DNA of 63,911 nucleotides, filler included, from Octopus bimaculoides (GCF_001194135.2; 8 parts of 7 records of this genome joined end to end with filler, not necessarily neighbours in it), one strand, 5' to 3'; positions 22,849-37,003 are shown, counted from the whole stretch's first letter. Made by a program: numbers and translations. Notes: generated by a model not told the origin, from the letters alone.

Positions 22849-23906
22849 NNNNNNNNNNNNNNNNNNNNNNNNNNNNNNNNNNNNNNNNNNNNNNNNNNNN
22901 NNNNNNNNNNNNNNNNNNNNNNNNNNNNNNNNNNNNNNNNNNNNNNNNNNNNNNNNNNNNNNNNNNNNNNNNNNNNNNNNNNNNNNNNNNNNNNNNNNNN
23001 NNNNNNNNNNNNNNNNNNNNNNNNNNNNNNNNNNNNNNNNNNNNNNNNNNNNNNNNNNNNNNNNNNNNNNNNNNNNNNNNNNNNNNNNNNNNNNNNNNNN
23101 NNNNNNNNNNNNNNNNNNNNNNNNNNNNNNNNNNNNNNNNNNNNNNNNNNNNNNNNNNNNNNNNNNNNNNNNNNNNNNNNNNNNNNNNNNNNTATATATA
23201 TAACGCACACACTAGTGTGCATGTGTGAGTCTCAACCAACTATTAAATAGCCGGCGAACATGGAGTTTCTAGTTTCTCTTCGTCATTCCTCTACAACAAT
23301 GGCCATCTATTGGTCGATGACAATCGCAGGCGTTAACCGAAAACAGTTTGTTTTTCTCTCAGGCTCTACTTTATTAGCCGCTCTCTTCCGTAACTCGATC
23401 ACAAACAGCTGGACAATGATCGATAAGTTGCTGCACATATCAACTGCAGTTGGTCTGTCCACTCTGTCTTTGGAGCCCACAGTTGTTCAAAGATTCCCTG
23501 CCAAGTTAACACGGAACCTCAATGCACTTATTTGCCGTGTGTGGTCGCGGAAAATCCTGGTAGGAATCTAAGAGAGCGAAAGGCTGTGTACTATTAAGGA
23601 AGATTAAAACAGGAGACAACTTCCAGCTACTTCGTCTTGTTAGTTGTAACGAGCTGTTGGCAAGAAGCTTATAACTATAAAGACACAAAGTCATTCAGAC
23701 AAAGATATAAAGGATATTGCGCTATGTATGTATGTATGTATGTATGTATGTATGTTCTCATTTTATTTAAGAATAAATTTTGTGAAGGAAAGCATCTACT
23801 TCTGTTCGTCGTCCTTCAAATTTTAAGGTCTTTGCAGATTTTTTTAGTCTCACATATCGTAATCAGTTGTAGTGTATGAATTAAGGATTTGCGCTCTGTA
23901 AAAAGT

Positions 23907-25100
23907 AAATCGTATTTTCTCGTTGCCAAGTCACTGTGTCTAATCAAAAGGTTAGAGTTTCTTCTCTTTCAGGATGAAGATTATTTTCGGAATATTTTCT
24001 CATTATGCACCGCTTTGGGTATTTATACCACCAAACACCGAATATCTAAATAACTACTGGTCCGATTTACCCGAAATTTGTGTTATTCCGTTCGTATTAA
24101 CATTTCAGGGGCAACTTAATTCATAGTATTTTCCCATTATGCACCTGCTTGGTTGTGTAACATTGCAAGCAAAAAAGATTGAACTTCACTTTCATTAGTA
24201 TACTAGAGTACTCGTGACCCGTTGGGTCACCGGAAAACTCTGAGTTTCTTAGCAACGGAGTTTTATTTCGAGGGGTTTTTTTTTTCTTTTCCAAGTTATT
24301 TCGCATGCTTTCAACGGATATGACATCGAAATCACGTGTAAACGGTTCCTTTCCCCAGGAAAGGAAAGATTTGGCTGCTATTTCTTGCACGCCGTACCAC
24401 CATGTAACAGCTATTTTAGATCCTTTATCGCAAATAGCTGTTACATGGTAGTAGGGCGTGCTAGAAATAGCAGCCAAATCTTTGGAGGTGAGATACGCTG
24501 AATGTACTCGAAAAAAGCTATTTCGCACTGAGGTTACGAATGGGTCTTTTACGAAATACTTACCGTCTTTTTAAAGTCATTTTCACTTTAAAATGTTGTT
24601 TGAATACGCCAAAAAAGTTTTGTAGAATAGTATTCACATGAAAATAATTTAAAAAAAAAAACATTAAAATAATATCTGTTTAAAGAAAGCTAAAATATAA
24701 ATACTTACTGTACAAACAACTTACAGTTTTGAAATCACATTCACTTAAAAATATTTCTAAATGATTAAGATATTGTGTTTAATAAAACGAAAATAGAAAC
24801 ATTGACTATAAAAAAAATCGTATTTTTTCGTTGCCAACTCACTGTCTAATAGTAAGATAAGAGTTTCTTCCCTTTCAAGATGAAAATTATTTTCGGAACA
24901 TTTTCCCTTTATGCATCGTTTTGGGTATTTACACTCCGAAAATCTCCAATATCTCGAAAACCACTTTACCGATTTACGCGAAACTTGTTTCATTCCATTC
25001 GCATAAACATTTCAGGGTAAACTTAATTCATAGTATTTTCCCATTATGCGCCAGTTTGGCTGAGTAACATTGCAAGCAAGCAAGATTCAAACTGACTTTT
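23907..25100. repeat. Diverged ~290-bp direct repeats (23907-24192 and 24815-25100) flanking a 52-bp-arm hairpin
   Basis: Shared AAATCGTATTTT..GTTGCCAA..TCACTG..TTAATTCATAGTATTTTCCCATTATGC..GTAACATTGCAAGCAA. Confidence 0.85.
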
Positions 25101-26363
25101 AATGTATTATATATAGATATTATAGTATGAGAATAATATAATATTATGTTAATAAATTAAATAATGTAAGTCGTAAATTTCCAGGTTGTGTAGTAAGTAG
25201 CTTGTTTACCAACGACACGGTTCCGGGTTCAGTCCCACTGCGTGGCTTTGCCTTAATGTGTACTGTCCTGTTTAACAAGCTAGATCTCTAACAAGTTTTT
25301 TGTTTTGCTGATACCTTAGTAGCTTCTAAGCTGAAGTGAAGACAGCATGATCTTTGTCTATCTCCTTACCTTCTTGGAGGTTTTAGGTAAAATTATGCTA
25401 ATGAGTCCATCTGTTTTAATTTAATTTAACTCTATGTGTTTATGCAGCTGAGGATTGCTCTGCATTTAAATTGATGTAATGGTTGTATTGTTCAATTAAA
25501 TAGAGTTGCGTGAAACGATCGTACTGCATNNNNNNNNNNATATATACGGCGGCCTTATACAATGTCACACTGTTTCTGAGAATCAAATCCACTTACAAGG
25601 TACCAGTCAGCCTGAGGCTATAGTAGAAGATAAGGTACTTACGTGCTGCACAGTAGAACGGAACAAAAAGCTCGGTGATTGCAAAGCAAAGCTCTTCGCC
25701 ACGAAGCCGTACCTGACAAATGATTCTCTAAACATTTGCAGACAATGACAAATTTGGAGAGAGGGAGGGCTATAGTCGGGACAACATTGACCCCAGTATA
25801 TAACTGTCTATTTCGTTTATCGGCCCAGGATGAAAATAAGACAATTTTGATGCTACAGTTAGTAATTAAATATTACACGGTAATCGATCCACCTCCATGC
25901 CGATCGCGGCATCGGTGTCCCATACCTCCCCCCACAACCACGCATCTGTTTATGATAAAAATATTGATTGTTAAAATAGGCAGACATAAAACCGATATTT
26001 AATGAGGAGAGGTATATATTGATTATCACGATTCTAGTTTTGAACTGGGTTTTATATCCATGGCAAGAAAATTCATGGCATTTAAGGCACACTTTTTATC
26101 CCTAAAATTGTCTTTAAAAAATCGCCCTGCATCCTTTACTCGAACTTTGGTCTTCCATAAGCTTTAATGCACTAAAAACTGTATCTTGAATGTGCAGTGT
26201 AGAAATTGGGGTGCGTCTAATACGCCCGTGCTTTTTTTTTTTTATCCTTCAAATACAGTAAATATTTCGCCCCTATTATCTTGACGAAATTCCCTCTTTT
26301 TATTTATCTATTTATTCATTCAAGTGGGAATTCATTGGTGCAACCCCTATTTATTTGAATGAC

Positions 26364-26566
26364 AGGCGGCGAGCTGGCAGAATCGTTAACCCGCCGAGCA
26401 AAATGCTTAGCGGTATTTCTCCTGTCTTTACGTTCTGAGTTCAAATGCGGCCGGGGTCGACTTTGTCTTTCATCCTTTCGGGGTCGATAAAATAAGTACC
26501 AGTTGTAATCGACTTATCCTCTCCCCTGAAATTGCTGGTCTTGTGCTAAAATTTGAAACCAGTATT
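26364..26566 (+). mobile_element. SINE (AGGCGGCGAGCTGGCAGAA family)
   Basis: Homologous to 13012-13227. Confidence 0.85.
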
Positions 26567-28033
26567 TGAGTGACATTTCCTTTATCCCCTCCCCGGAAAG
26601 TTCTTGGTGGGAATCGAACTCAAACCATAAAAGACCCGGACAAAATAACGACAAAGTATTTTGTCAGATTCTCTACCGATTCTAGCAATCAATTGAAAAC
26701 CCCCTTTCTATTTTCATTCTCTTTCTTTCTCTCTCTCTCCTTCACACACACAGTTTCTCCCTTTCTCTCTCACTCTCTTCTTTCCCTTCTGTTTTAATAG
26801 TATTTCCTTTTTTCTTTCCTTCCTTCTTATTTCTTCTTTCTTTTTCTTTCATTTTCAATTCATTTCTTCCATTTCCTTTTTGTCTTTTCTTGAATCTCTT
26901 TCCTTCCTTTTCTCTTTCCCAGCTCTATTCCTTTCAGGCTTTCTTTGTTTTTTTCTTTCCCCTTTTCTTTATCTTTCTCATTTCTTCTTTTTTCTTTCAT
27001 TCTTCGCTCCTTTCTTCCTTTTCCTCTTCTCCTTTCTTCCCCTCTACACCCAACTCTTATCTTTTCTCTCGGATCGTTTCCCGATTCACCAAATAACTCC
27101 ACTGCTCTATTCATTTATTCACTTATCTATTTATTATCTATTATCTCCCTTCGAGGGAACAGTTTATATTTTTGCGACATCAAACGATTTTTATTGCTAT
27201 TATATTAGTAACAGTAATTGTATTAATAGTTATTGTTTGTTGTCATTTTAGCCCCAGGTCAAACCTGATAGAGAAGACACACCTTATGATCAAAAGCCAA
27301 TCCAGCATTGACCATGTGCTTGTCATCTTTCCTTCCGGTCACTCAGTCGACAAAGAGCTTCAGTTCTGTCGTTGTTGTTGGTTACACATATTTTTCATTC
27401 GTAAATCGATTGATGATAAATGATTAAAGTCTCTTATCGCGAAAAAACAAAGTAATTGATCTTTTCACACAGAAACATATAATAATAATAAAAATGCGTT
27501 TTGTCCTTGCGTTTTGTCTTTTCTCTAAATGTAGTCAGAGTTCCATTTGAAGCTGAAAAGCGGGGCGAAAAAAAAAAAAAAAAAAAGCAAAATGAATTTA
27601 GTAAAAGTACTTAACCTTCTAGTTCAGCCATAAAGGATCGGTGAAATCTGTTTGAGCTTCTGAGGGAAACTAGTTTGTTTATTGTCAACAAAAATATACA
27701 AAACATACCTGGACAATACAAAAATATACAAAACATACCTGGACAATAACGGTTTATTACGGACGAGTATTTTGTTTGTTGTTTTTGTGTGCAAACACTC
27801 ACACACACACATACATGCATACACACGTGTATGTTATTGTTTAGCCCTTGATCAAAAGCCTTCCCACCATGACCGCGTGGTCATTATTTTTCTGGTATGA
27901 TATAGCTAGGACTATATTATCTAACGTCACTCTTCCTTTTTAAAGTTGTAGAAAATAAATTGTAGGGAATTTGACCGCCATTTGTAGCAGATCTAGTGAC
28001 CACCGAGCAGTGTCATCCCTTGCTCGATGCGTG

Positions 28034-28097
<64 letters not shown>

Positions 28098-29131
28098 NNN
28101 NNNNNNNNNNNNNNNNNNNNNNNNNNNNNNNNNNNNNNNNNNNNNNNNNNNNNNNNNNNNNNNNNNNNNNNNNNNNNNNNNNNNNNNNNNNNNNNNNNNN
28201 NNNNNNNNNNNNNNNNNNNNNNNNNNNNNNNNNNNNNNNNNNNNNNNNNNNNNNNNNNNNNNNNNNNNNNNNNNNNNNNNNNNNNNNNNNNNNNNNNNNN
28301 NNNNNNNNNNNNNNNNNNNNNNNNNNNNNNNNNNNNNNNNNNNNNNNNNNNNNNNNNNNNNNNNNNNNNNNNNNNNNNNNNNNNNNNNNNNNNNNNNNNN
28401 NNNNNNNNNNNNNNNNNNNNNNNNNNNNNNNNNNNNNNNNNNNNNNNNNNNNNNNNNNNNNNNNNNNNNNNNNNNNNNNNNNNNNNNNNNNNNNNNNNNN
28501 NNNNNNNNNNNNNNNNNNNNNNNNNNNNNNNNNNNNNNNNNNNNNNNNNNNNNNNNNNNNNNNNNNNNNNNNNNNNNNNNNNNNNNNNNNNNNNNNNNNN
28601 NNNNNNNNNNNNNNNNNNNNNNNNNNNNNNNNNNNNNNNNNNNNNNNNNNNNNNNNNNNNNNNNNNNNNNNNNNNNNNNNNNNNNNNNNNNNNNNNNNNN
28701 NNNNNNNNNNNNNNNNNNNNNNNNNNNNNNNNNNNNNNNNNNNNNNNNNNNNNNNNNNNNNNNNNNNNNNNNNNNNNNNNNNNNNNNNNNNNNNNNNNNN
28801 NNNNNNNNNNNNNNNNNNNNNNNNNNNNNNNNNNNNNNNNNNNNNNNNNNNNNNNNNNNNNNNNNNNNNNNNNNNNNNNNNNNNNNNNNNNNNNNNNNNN
28901 NNNNNNNNNNNNNNNNNNNNNNNNNNNNNNNNNNNNNNNGCAGTGGCTAAAACGCGAACCGATCAAGTTTATGTATAAATATTCTTTTTATATGTTTGTT
29001 TCCTTTTAAACAATATTAAAACAACGGCTAAAAATTTTCTGAAGCAGCACCCCAAACAATTTTATCTACGAGCCGCTATTGGTGGGGACAAACATAGACA
29101 CACACAGATAAATATATACATATATATATAT

Positions 29132-29268
29132 GACGGGCTTCTTTCAGTTTCTGTCTACCGAATCCACTCACAAGGCTTTGGTCGGCCCGAGGCTATAGTA
29201 GAAGACACTTGGCCAAGATGCCACGCAGTGGGACCGAACTCGGAGCCATGTGGTTAGGAAGAAAGCTT
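29132..29268 (-). mobile_element. tRNA-related SINE
   Basis: Same family as 17389-17542. Confidence 0.8.
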
Positions 29269-30237
29269 AAGAGAAAATTTCATGATTTGGTCAGTATTTC
29301 TAGCAGGTTGAACAATGTGGAAGACATAGGAACGGTTAATTTGTCTAATCAAAGGATTTCGCCGTTTCTGACCGGTAATTGTGAATCTAGTGTCAAAAGT
29401 AAGAGGCACACAATAGGATCAGAGAGGTGACCTTTGATGAAACGAAACCTTAAAGCTGAAGACGGCGAATTAAGGAGCTGAAAGGAGTGGTTTCAAGTTG
29501 GACAGAGAAATGCGTGTGTGTGTGTGTAAATATATGGGTGCGTGGTTTTAAATGTAAACATGTGCGTTTATATGTATAAGTGTGTGTGTGTGTGTGTGTG
29601 TGNNNNNNNNNNNNNNNNNNNNNNNNNNNNNNNNNNNNNNNNNNNNNNNNNNNNNNNNNNNNNNNNNNNNNNNNNNNNNNNNNNNNNNNNNNNNNNNNNN
29701 NNNNNNNNNNNNNNNNNNNNNNNNNNNNNNNNNNNNNNNNNNNNNNNNNNNNNNNNNNNNNNNNNNNNNNNNNNNNNNNNNNNNNNNNNNNNNNNNNNNN
29801 NNNNNNNNNNNNNNNNNNNNNNNNNNNNNNNNNNNNNNNNNNNNNNNNNNNNNNNNNNNNNNNNNNNNNNNNNNNNNNNNNNNNNNNNNNNNNNNNNNNN
29901 NNNNNNNNNNNNNNNNNNNNNNNNNNNNNNNNNNNNNNNNNNNNNNNNNNNNNNNNNNNNNNNNNNNNNNNNNNNNNNNNNNNNNNNNNNNNNNNNNNNN
30001 NNNNNNNNNNNNNNNNNNNNNNNNNNNNNNNNNNNNNNNNNNNNNNNNNNNNNNNNNNNNNNNNNNNNNNNNNNNNNNNNNNNNNNNNNNNNNNNNNNNN
30101 NNNNNNNNNNNNNNNNNNNNNNNNNNNNNNNNNNNNNNNNNNNNNNNNNNNNNNNNNNNNNNNNNNNNNNNNNNNNNNNNNNNNNNNNNNNNNNNNNNTA
30201 CACATATCTATATATATGTTATGAATATGTGTGTATG

Positions 30238-30280
<43 letters not shown>

Positions 30281-30805
30281 ACATATACACACACACACAT
30301 ACATTAATACCTCATTTTACGAGACCCCGGGTTTACAAGTTTTATTTTTCTATCACAAGATCCAAATTTTAAACAACGTGCAAAAGTTTCTTTTACCATA
30401 ACAAATGCTTCTGCGTGTTACCAAGAAATCTATAGAGAACGAAAAAATGCTTCTTCTAAGCAAACTCTAGACTTGTTTTTTAAAAAGAAATCTACAAGTC
30501 CGTCTACGAGTGCTTGTGAATTGGCGATCGTATATATTTATATATACACATATATATATATAATCATATATATATATATATATATATATATACAGTATGC
30601 CTATACATACCACACATTCACACCTGTGTGTGTATGTGTGCGTGCGTGTGTATTATAGGTAAAAAGTACTCCGTCCAGTGAGAGAGAAACCGTGTGCTCT
30701 GAGCCCGAAAGATTGGTGAGCCAAAGCGCGTTTTATAAATCTACTGAACTGAATAATCGCGCATCCATGGCATGAAACTATTAGTACCTTTTATTTAAAT
30801 AATCT

Positions 30806-30866
30806 GTGTATAGCCATATCAGGCTGAGAGCACCGGTTCTCGTCCGATCACCGAAGTTAAGCAACG
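30806..30866 (+). pseudogene. 5S rRNA-like 5' half, cut by an assembly gap
   Basis: CACCGGTTCTCGTCCGATCACCGAAGTTAAGCAACG matches invertebrate 5S rRNA positions of about 25-60, including box A. The first ~25 nt are more divergent. Confidence 0.8.
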
Positions 30867-31288
30867 NNNNNNNNNNTATGTATGTGTGTATGTATGTGTG
30901 TATGTATGTGTGTATGTATGTATATACCCAACAAGCACACAACTTCACACTCACATGCGTGTGAGTACATTCAGTGGTTGAACCGGTGTGTATATGTAAT
31001 CTTCAAACATGTGTTCTTTCTCTCCTTTACATACACTTACTTCAATAAACGCACTCACACACACACACACACACATACACACACGTACATATATGAACAC
31101 ACACGAAATAAGTTTAGTAAATCTGTAATAGACACGTCAAGATCAAACACACACGCATACATAAACAAATACAAACACCCACACATGCACACATACACAC
31201 AGATACATATGAATACACACAAACGCACACACACACACATACAATTGTATGCCCACTTATCAATACGTTTCTCACACATGCGTACGCG

Positions 31289-31348
<60 letters not shown>

Positions 31349-31627
31349 NNNNNNNNNNNNNNNNNNNNNNNNNNNNNNNNNNNNNNNNNNNNTTAATTAA
31401 TTAANNNNNNNNNNNNNNNNNNNNNNNNNNNNNNNNNNNNNNNNNNNNTCTTAATGAATAAAAATTCTTCTGATAGAATAAATGGGTTAATAGAAACCAA
31501 TGTAGCAAAGAACACAAAATAACTGTGGTTTACTTCCTGTTTTTAAGGCAGGAACTCCTTGAAATTTTGGGTATTTGAGTATATTTAAGAATTTAAGGAT
31601 TTAAGAATTTAAATTCTTAAATATATA

Positions 31628-31667
<40 letters not shown>

Positions 31668-31891
31668 CATACACATGCCGCACAAACATTCACGCAGACA
31701 CACACACACACACACACACACACATGTGTGAGTGTGTATGTGTGTGTTTATGTATGCGTATATGTGTGCGTGTGTGAAAAAAGAGAAATGCAGTGTGAAG
31801 TAGAGAGACAAATAGGCAGATCCGTAGAATGAAAGAAAGATAGATAGGTAAGTAGGTAGGTGGGTAGGTACGTAGGTAGATAGATAGATAA

Positions 31892-31938
<47 letters not shown>

Positions 31939-31989
31939 CAGACACAGATAAACAGAAAAGTAGATATGTAGAGTAATAAACAGATAGAT

Positions 31990-32023
<34 letters not shown>

Positions 32024-32057
32024 ATCTATCTATCTATCTATCTATCTACCTACCTAC

Positions 32058-32108
<51 letters not shown>

Positions 32109-32512
32109 NNNNNNNNNNNNNNNNNNNNNNNNNNNNNNNNNNNNNNNNNNNNNNNNNNNNNNNNNNNNNNNNNNNNNNNNNNNNNNNNNNNNNNNNNNNN
32201 NNNNNNNNNNNNNNNNNNNNNNNNNNNNNNNNNNNNNNNNNNNNNNNNNNNNNNNNNNNNNNNNNNNNNNNNNNNNNNNNNNNNNNNNNNNNNNNNNNNN
32301 NNNNNNNNNNNNNNNNNNNNNNNNNNNNNNNNNNNNNNNNNNNNNNNNNNNNNNNNNNNNNNNNNNNNNNNNNNNNNNNNNNNNNNNNNNNNNNNNNNNN
32401 NNNNNNNNNNNNNNNNNNNNNNNNNNNNNNNNNNNNNNNNNNNNNNATATATATATATATATATATATAGAAGATAGATAGATAGATAGATAGATATAGA
32501 GAGGCAGAAAGA

Positions 32513-32550
<38 letters not shown>

Positions 32551-32834
32551 AGAAGCAAGTTAAATTGATGTTTGTCAAGCAACAGGCACATAAGCATGTC
32601 GCAGGCTACAAAGCGGGTTTAGACGCATACATTATAAACCAATAATTGATACACTGACTGTATTTACACACATACAATCATACACACATACATACATAGA
32701 CACACCCATACATACTCACATACATATGTATATACATACATACAAATGCACACGGATACGCACGCACACACATACACACACACATATATATATATATAGA
32801 AAATTCAACAAAAATCTACTTCATCTGATCAGAG

Positions 32835-32883
<49 letters not shown>

Positions 32884-33996
32884 NNNNNNNNNNNNNNNNN
32901 NNNNNNNNNNNNNNNNNNNNNNNNNNNNNNNNNNNNNNNNNNNNNNNNNNNNNNNNNNNNNNNNNNNNNNNNNNNNNNNNNNNNNNNNNNNNNNNNNNNN
33001 NNNNNNNNNNNNNNNNNNNNNNNNNNNNNNNNNNNNNNNNNNNNNNNNNNNNNNNNNNNNNNNNNNNNNNNNNNNNNNNNNNNNNNNNNNNNNNNNNNNN
33101 NNNNNNNNNNNNNNNNNNNNNNNNNNNNNNNNNNNNNNNNNNNNNNNNNNNNNNNNNNNNNNNNNNNNNNNNNNNNNNNNNNNNNNNNNNNNNNNNNNNN
33201 NNNNNNNNNNNNNNNNNNNNNNNNNNNNNNNNNNNNNNNNNNNNNNNNNNNNNNNNNNNNNNNNNNNNNNNNNNNNNNNNNNNNNNNNNNNNNNNNNNNN
33301 NNNNNNNNNNNNNNNNNNNNNNNNNNNNNNNNNNNNNNNNNNNNNNNNNNNNNNNNNNNNNNNNNNNNNNNNNNNNNNNNNNNNNNNNNNNNNNNNNNNN
33401 NNNNNNNNNNNNNNNNNNNNNNNNNNNNNNNNNNNNNNNNNNNNNNNNNNNNNNNNNNNNNNNNNNNNNNNNNNNNNNNNNNNNNNNNNNNNNNNNNNNN
33501 NNNNNNNNNNNNNNNNNNNNNNNNNNNNNNNNNNNNNNNNNNNNNNNNNNNNNNNNNNNNNNNNNNNNNNNNNNNNNNNNNNNNNNNNNNNNNNNNNNNN
33601 NNNNNNNNNNNNNNNNNNNNNNNNNNNNNNNNNNNNNNNNNNNNNNNNNNNNNNNNNNNNNNNNNNNNNNNNNNNNNNNNNNNNNNNNNNNNNNNNNNNN
33701 NNNNNNNATATATATATATATATATATGTACACATACGTAAACATGCATATGCTTAGATCTCTGTCTATTTCTCTTTTTTCCGCTCTATCCATCCATCTA
33801 TCCATATATATCCACCTTTACTATCGATATAGTAATCAAATCTATTTACCCTCCTATATAAATATATAGCTGTGCGCGAGTGTTTGCGTGTTCGTGTGTA
33901 TGTTTTTGTGTGTCTTTGAATATATATATATATATATACATACATATATATATTTATATATACATACATATATGTACATATTTAAACACACACACA

Positions 33997-34042
<46 letters not shown>

Positions 34043-34229
34043 GGTATAGATATAGATATATATATATAAATGCATTGAATAAATATTAAAAGTTACCTCC
34101 GCTCATACACACTCACACACATATATAAAGAGAGAGAGAGAGGGTGAGAGAGATAGTTCTACATGCTCACAAGAGCACATACACACACCTATTTATCTAA
34201 TTATTTACCTATCCATCTATCTATTGAAG

Positions 34230-34280
<51 letters not shown>

Positions 34281-34384
34281 TTATCTATATCTATTTATTT
34301 ATCTCTATTTATCTACTTATCAATCTATCTACTTATCAGTCAATCTATCTATCCATCTATCTATCTAGATAGATAGATAGATAG

Positions 34385-34424
<40 letters not shown>

Positions 34425-35711
34425 GTTTTCCGTTCCCAATCGACCTCATACACGCGCACACAGAGAAAAATGTATTGGATAACGTTAAAAAGTTACGTCC
34501 ACCCTTGTTTATGTACATGCTAACATACATCTACACCCCCCCACACACACACATACACACTCTCTCTCTCTCTCNNNNNNNNNNNNNNNNNNNNNNNNNN
34601 NNNNNNNNNNNNNNNNNNNNNNNNNNNNNNNNNNNNNNNNNNNNNNNNNNNNNNNNNNNNNNNNNNNNNNNNNNNNNNNNNNNNNNNNNNNNNNNNNNNN
34701 NNNNNNNNNNNNNNNNNNNNNNNNNNNNNNNNNNNNNNNNNNNNNNNNNNNNNNNNNNNNNNNNNNNNNNNNNNNNNNNNNNNNNNNNNNNNNNNNNNNN
34801 NNNNNNNNNNNNNNNNNNNNNNNNNNNNNNNNNNNNNNNNNNNNNNNNNNNNNNNNNNNNNNNNNNNNNNNNNNNNNNNNNNNNNNNNNNNNNNNNNNNN
34901 NACACTGGCACACTCACCACCACCACCACCACCACCACCTTTTTCACTCCCACTCTCTCCCCACACACAACCATCCTCCAACTCCATTCCACTCTCCCCT
35001 CTCTCTCTTCCTCCCGTCTTCACTCCTCCCCTCACTCGTTCTCCCCCTCTCTCTGTTTCTCTGTCTTTTCCAAACGAACATAACTTGAATACTCTATCGG
35101 AATATACGTGGAACCAGTTTAGGATATTTCTTGAGCTTCCCTCCACGTCGAAGGCGAAGGAAAGTTGTCTTTTTTTTTTATTATTTTATTTTTGAAATAC
35201 CTCCCCCGATTTCTCATGTATATATACACATGCGTGTATATATTATATTCCTTATATGCATATATATTTTATATTTATATTATACATCATATACTGTATG
35301 TATATATATACTTGTACATATTTACAAATTTACTTACTGCGAAAAGAAAACTTGGTCGCGTATTTACAAACAGCCAATCGTTCGTGTATATATTTATACA
35401 CACCTACCTACTTGTGTATATACAGATTATATATACGACAAAATATTGCAGAAAGTCTTTCAAGTACATCAAACACTCCCGGAATATCGAAAGACAACAA
35501 GATTGCGGAAGCCATATCTTATACAGCAAAAAACTTTTAAACAATTTCACCAAAAGTGTATATACGTATATATTATATATACATATATTATACATATATA
35601 TTATATACATAGCACGCACACACACGTACATCCATATACAGCAAGCATATATATATATAAAGATAAATATATAAATATAGATATAAATATATATAAAAAT
35701 CACTCGATATT

Positions 35712-36161
35712 ATGTCCGCCGGGTGGTGTATGGGGGCAACGGTGAAAATCTTGTTAGTTCTCTGTTGTTTCGTCTTCCGGGGCGATTCAATTAGTGATAC
35801 AATTATCCGGGGAAATACAAAGTTCCATACGATGGAGACTTCGCCTTCGGAAAACAAAACCGTTATCTATTTCAGTTACATGGCAGCATCGGAATCGCAG
35901 GAATATCAAAGAGAAAAACAGGCTAGGTTAATATCTGGTGCTTTGTCGTATGCCGTGTCGAAAATCAACAATGATTCCAATCTTTTACCAAACCACACGC
36001 TGGCATTTAAATGGAGTGACACACTATCGGACGAGTTGGAAGTTCTTAGGCAAATGTGCCATTCTTGGACTGATGAAGTTTATGCTTTCTTTGGACCCGA
36101 AACTTACTGTGGAGTTGCTGCCAGGTTGGCAGCTGCCTGGAATACACCTATGATATCGTAT
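35712..36161 (+). CDS. First coding exon of a receptor-type guanylyl cyclase / natriuretic-peptide-receptor-like protein (signal peptide plus start of ANF_receptor domain)
   Basis: 150 codons: hydrophobic N-terminus (KILLVLCCFVF), then GALSYAVSKINNDSNLLPNHTLAFKWSDT...AFFGPETYCGVAARLAAAWNTPMISY, typical of invertebrate receptor GC ectodomains. GTGAGT donor at 36162, phase 0. Confidence 0.88.
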
Positions 36162-36836
36162 GTGAGTACCAAAACCTTCAACTTTTATACCGGCCTGCTT
36201 TTAAATCTCTCATCCGTCCGTTCGTCCGTCCGTCCATCCATCCATCAATTCATTCATTCTTTCTTTCTCAGTTTAATTTTTCTTTCTTTTTCATACTCAT
36301 TCGGATCTATCTATCTATCTATGTGTCTGTCCNNNNNNNNNNNNNNNNNNNNNNNNNNNNNNNNNNNNNNNNNNNNNNNNNNNNNNNNNNNNNNNNNNNN
36401 NNNNNNNNNNNNNNNNNNNNNNNNNNNNNNNNNNNNNNNNNNNNNNNNNNNNNNNNNNNNNNNNNNNNNNNNNNNNNNNNNNNNNNNNNNNNNNNNNNNN
36501 NNNNNNNNNNNNNNNNNNNNNNNNNNNNNNNNNNNNNNNNNNNNNNNNNNNNNNNNNNNNNNNNNNNNNNNNNNNNNNNNNNNNNNNNNNNNNNNNNNNN
36601 NNNNNNNNNNNNNNNNNNNNNNNNNNNNNNNNNNNNNNNNNNNNNNNNNNNNNNNNNNNNNNNNNNNNNNNNNNNNNNNNNNNNNNNNNNNNNNNNNNNN
36701 NNNNNNNNNNNNNNNNNNNNNNNNNNNNNNNNNNNNNNNNNNNNNNNNNNNNNNNNNNNNNNNNNNNNNNNNNNNNNNNNNNNNNNNNNNNNNNNNNNNN
36801 NNNNNNNNNNNNNNNNNNNNNNNNNNNNNNNNNNNN

Positions 36837-36925
<89 letters not shown>

Positions 36926-36958
36926 CTACCCCTGCGTTTCACCGTCGTCCGTCTGCCG

Positions 36959-36993
<35 letters not shown>

Positions 36994-37003
36994 CGTCTGT
37001 CTA

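Noticed and set aside
26860-27251. K/E/R-rich and F/S/L-rich ORFs
   Set aside because: Translation of a polypyrimidine low-complexity tract.
27689-27748. 30-bp tandem duplication
   Set aside because: Two copies only, no spacers; ordinary slippage, not CRISPR-like.
31580-31625. 16-bp perfect inverted repeat TATATTTAAGAATTTA/TAAATTCTTAAATATA
   Set aside because: AT-only context next to a (TA)n tract; readily explained by template switching.
35131-35745. 204-aa and 169-aa ORFs just upstream of the cyclase ATG
   Set aside because: Low-complexity Y/I/H-rich translation of TA-rich sequence, with no domain signal. More likely 5' UTR or intron.
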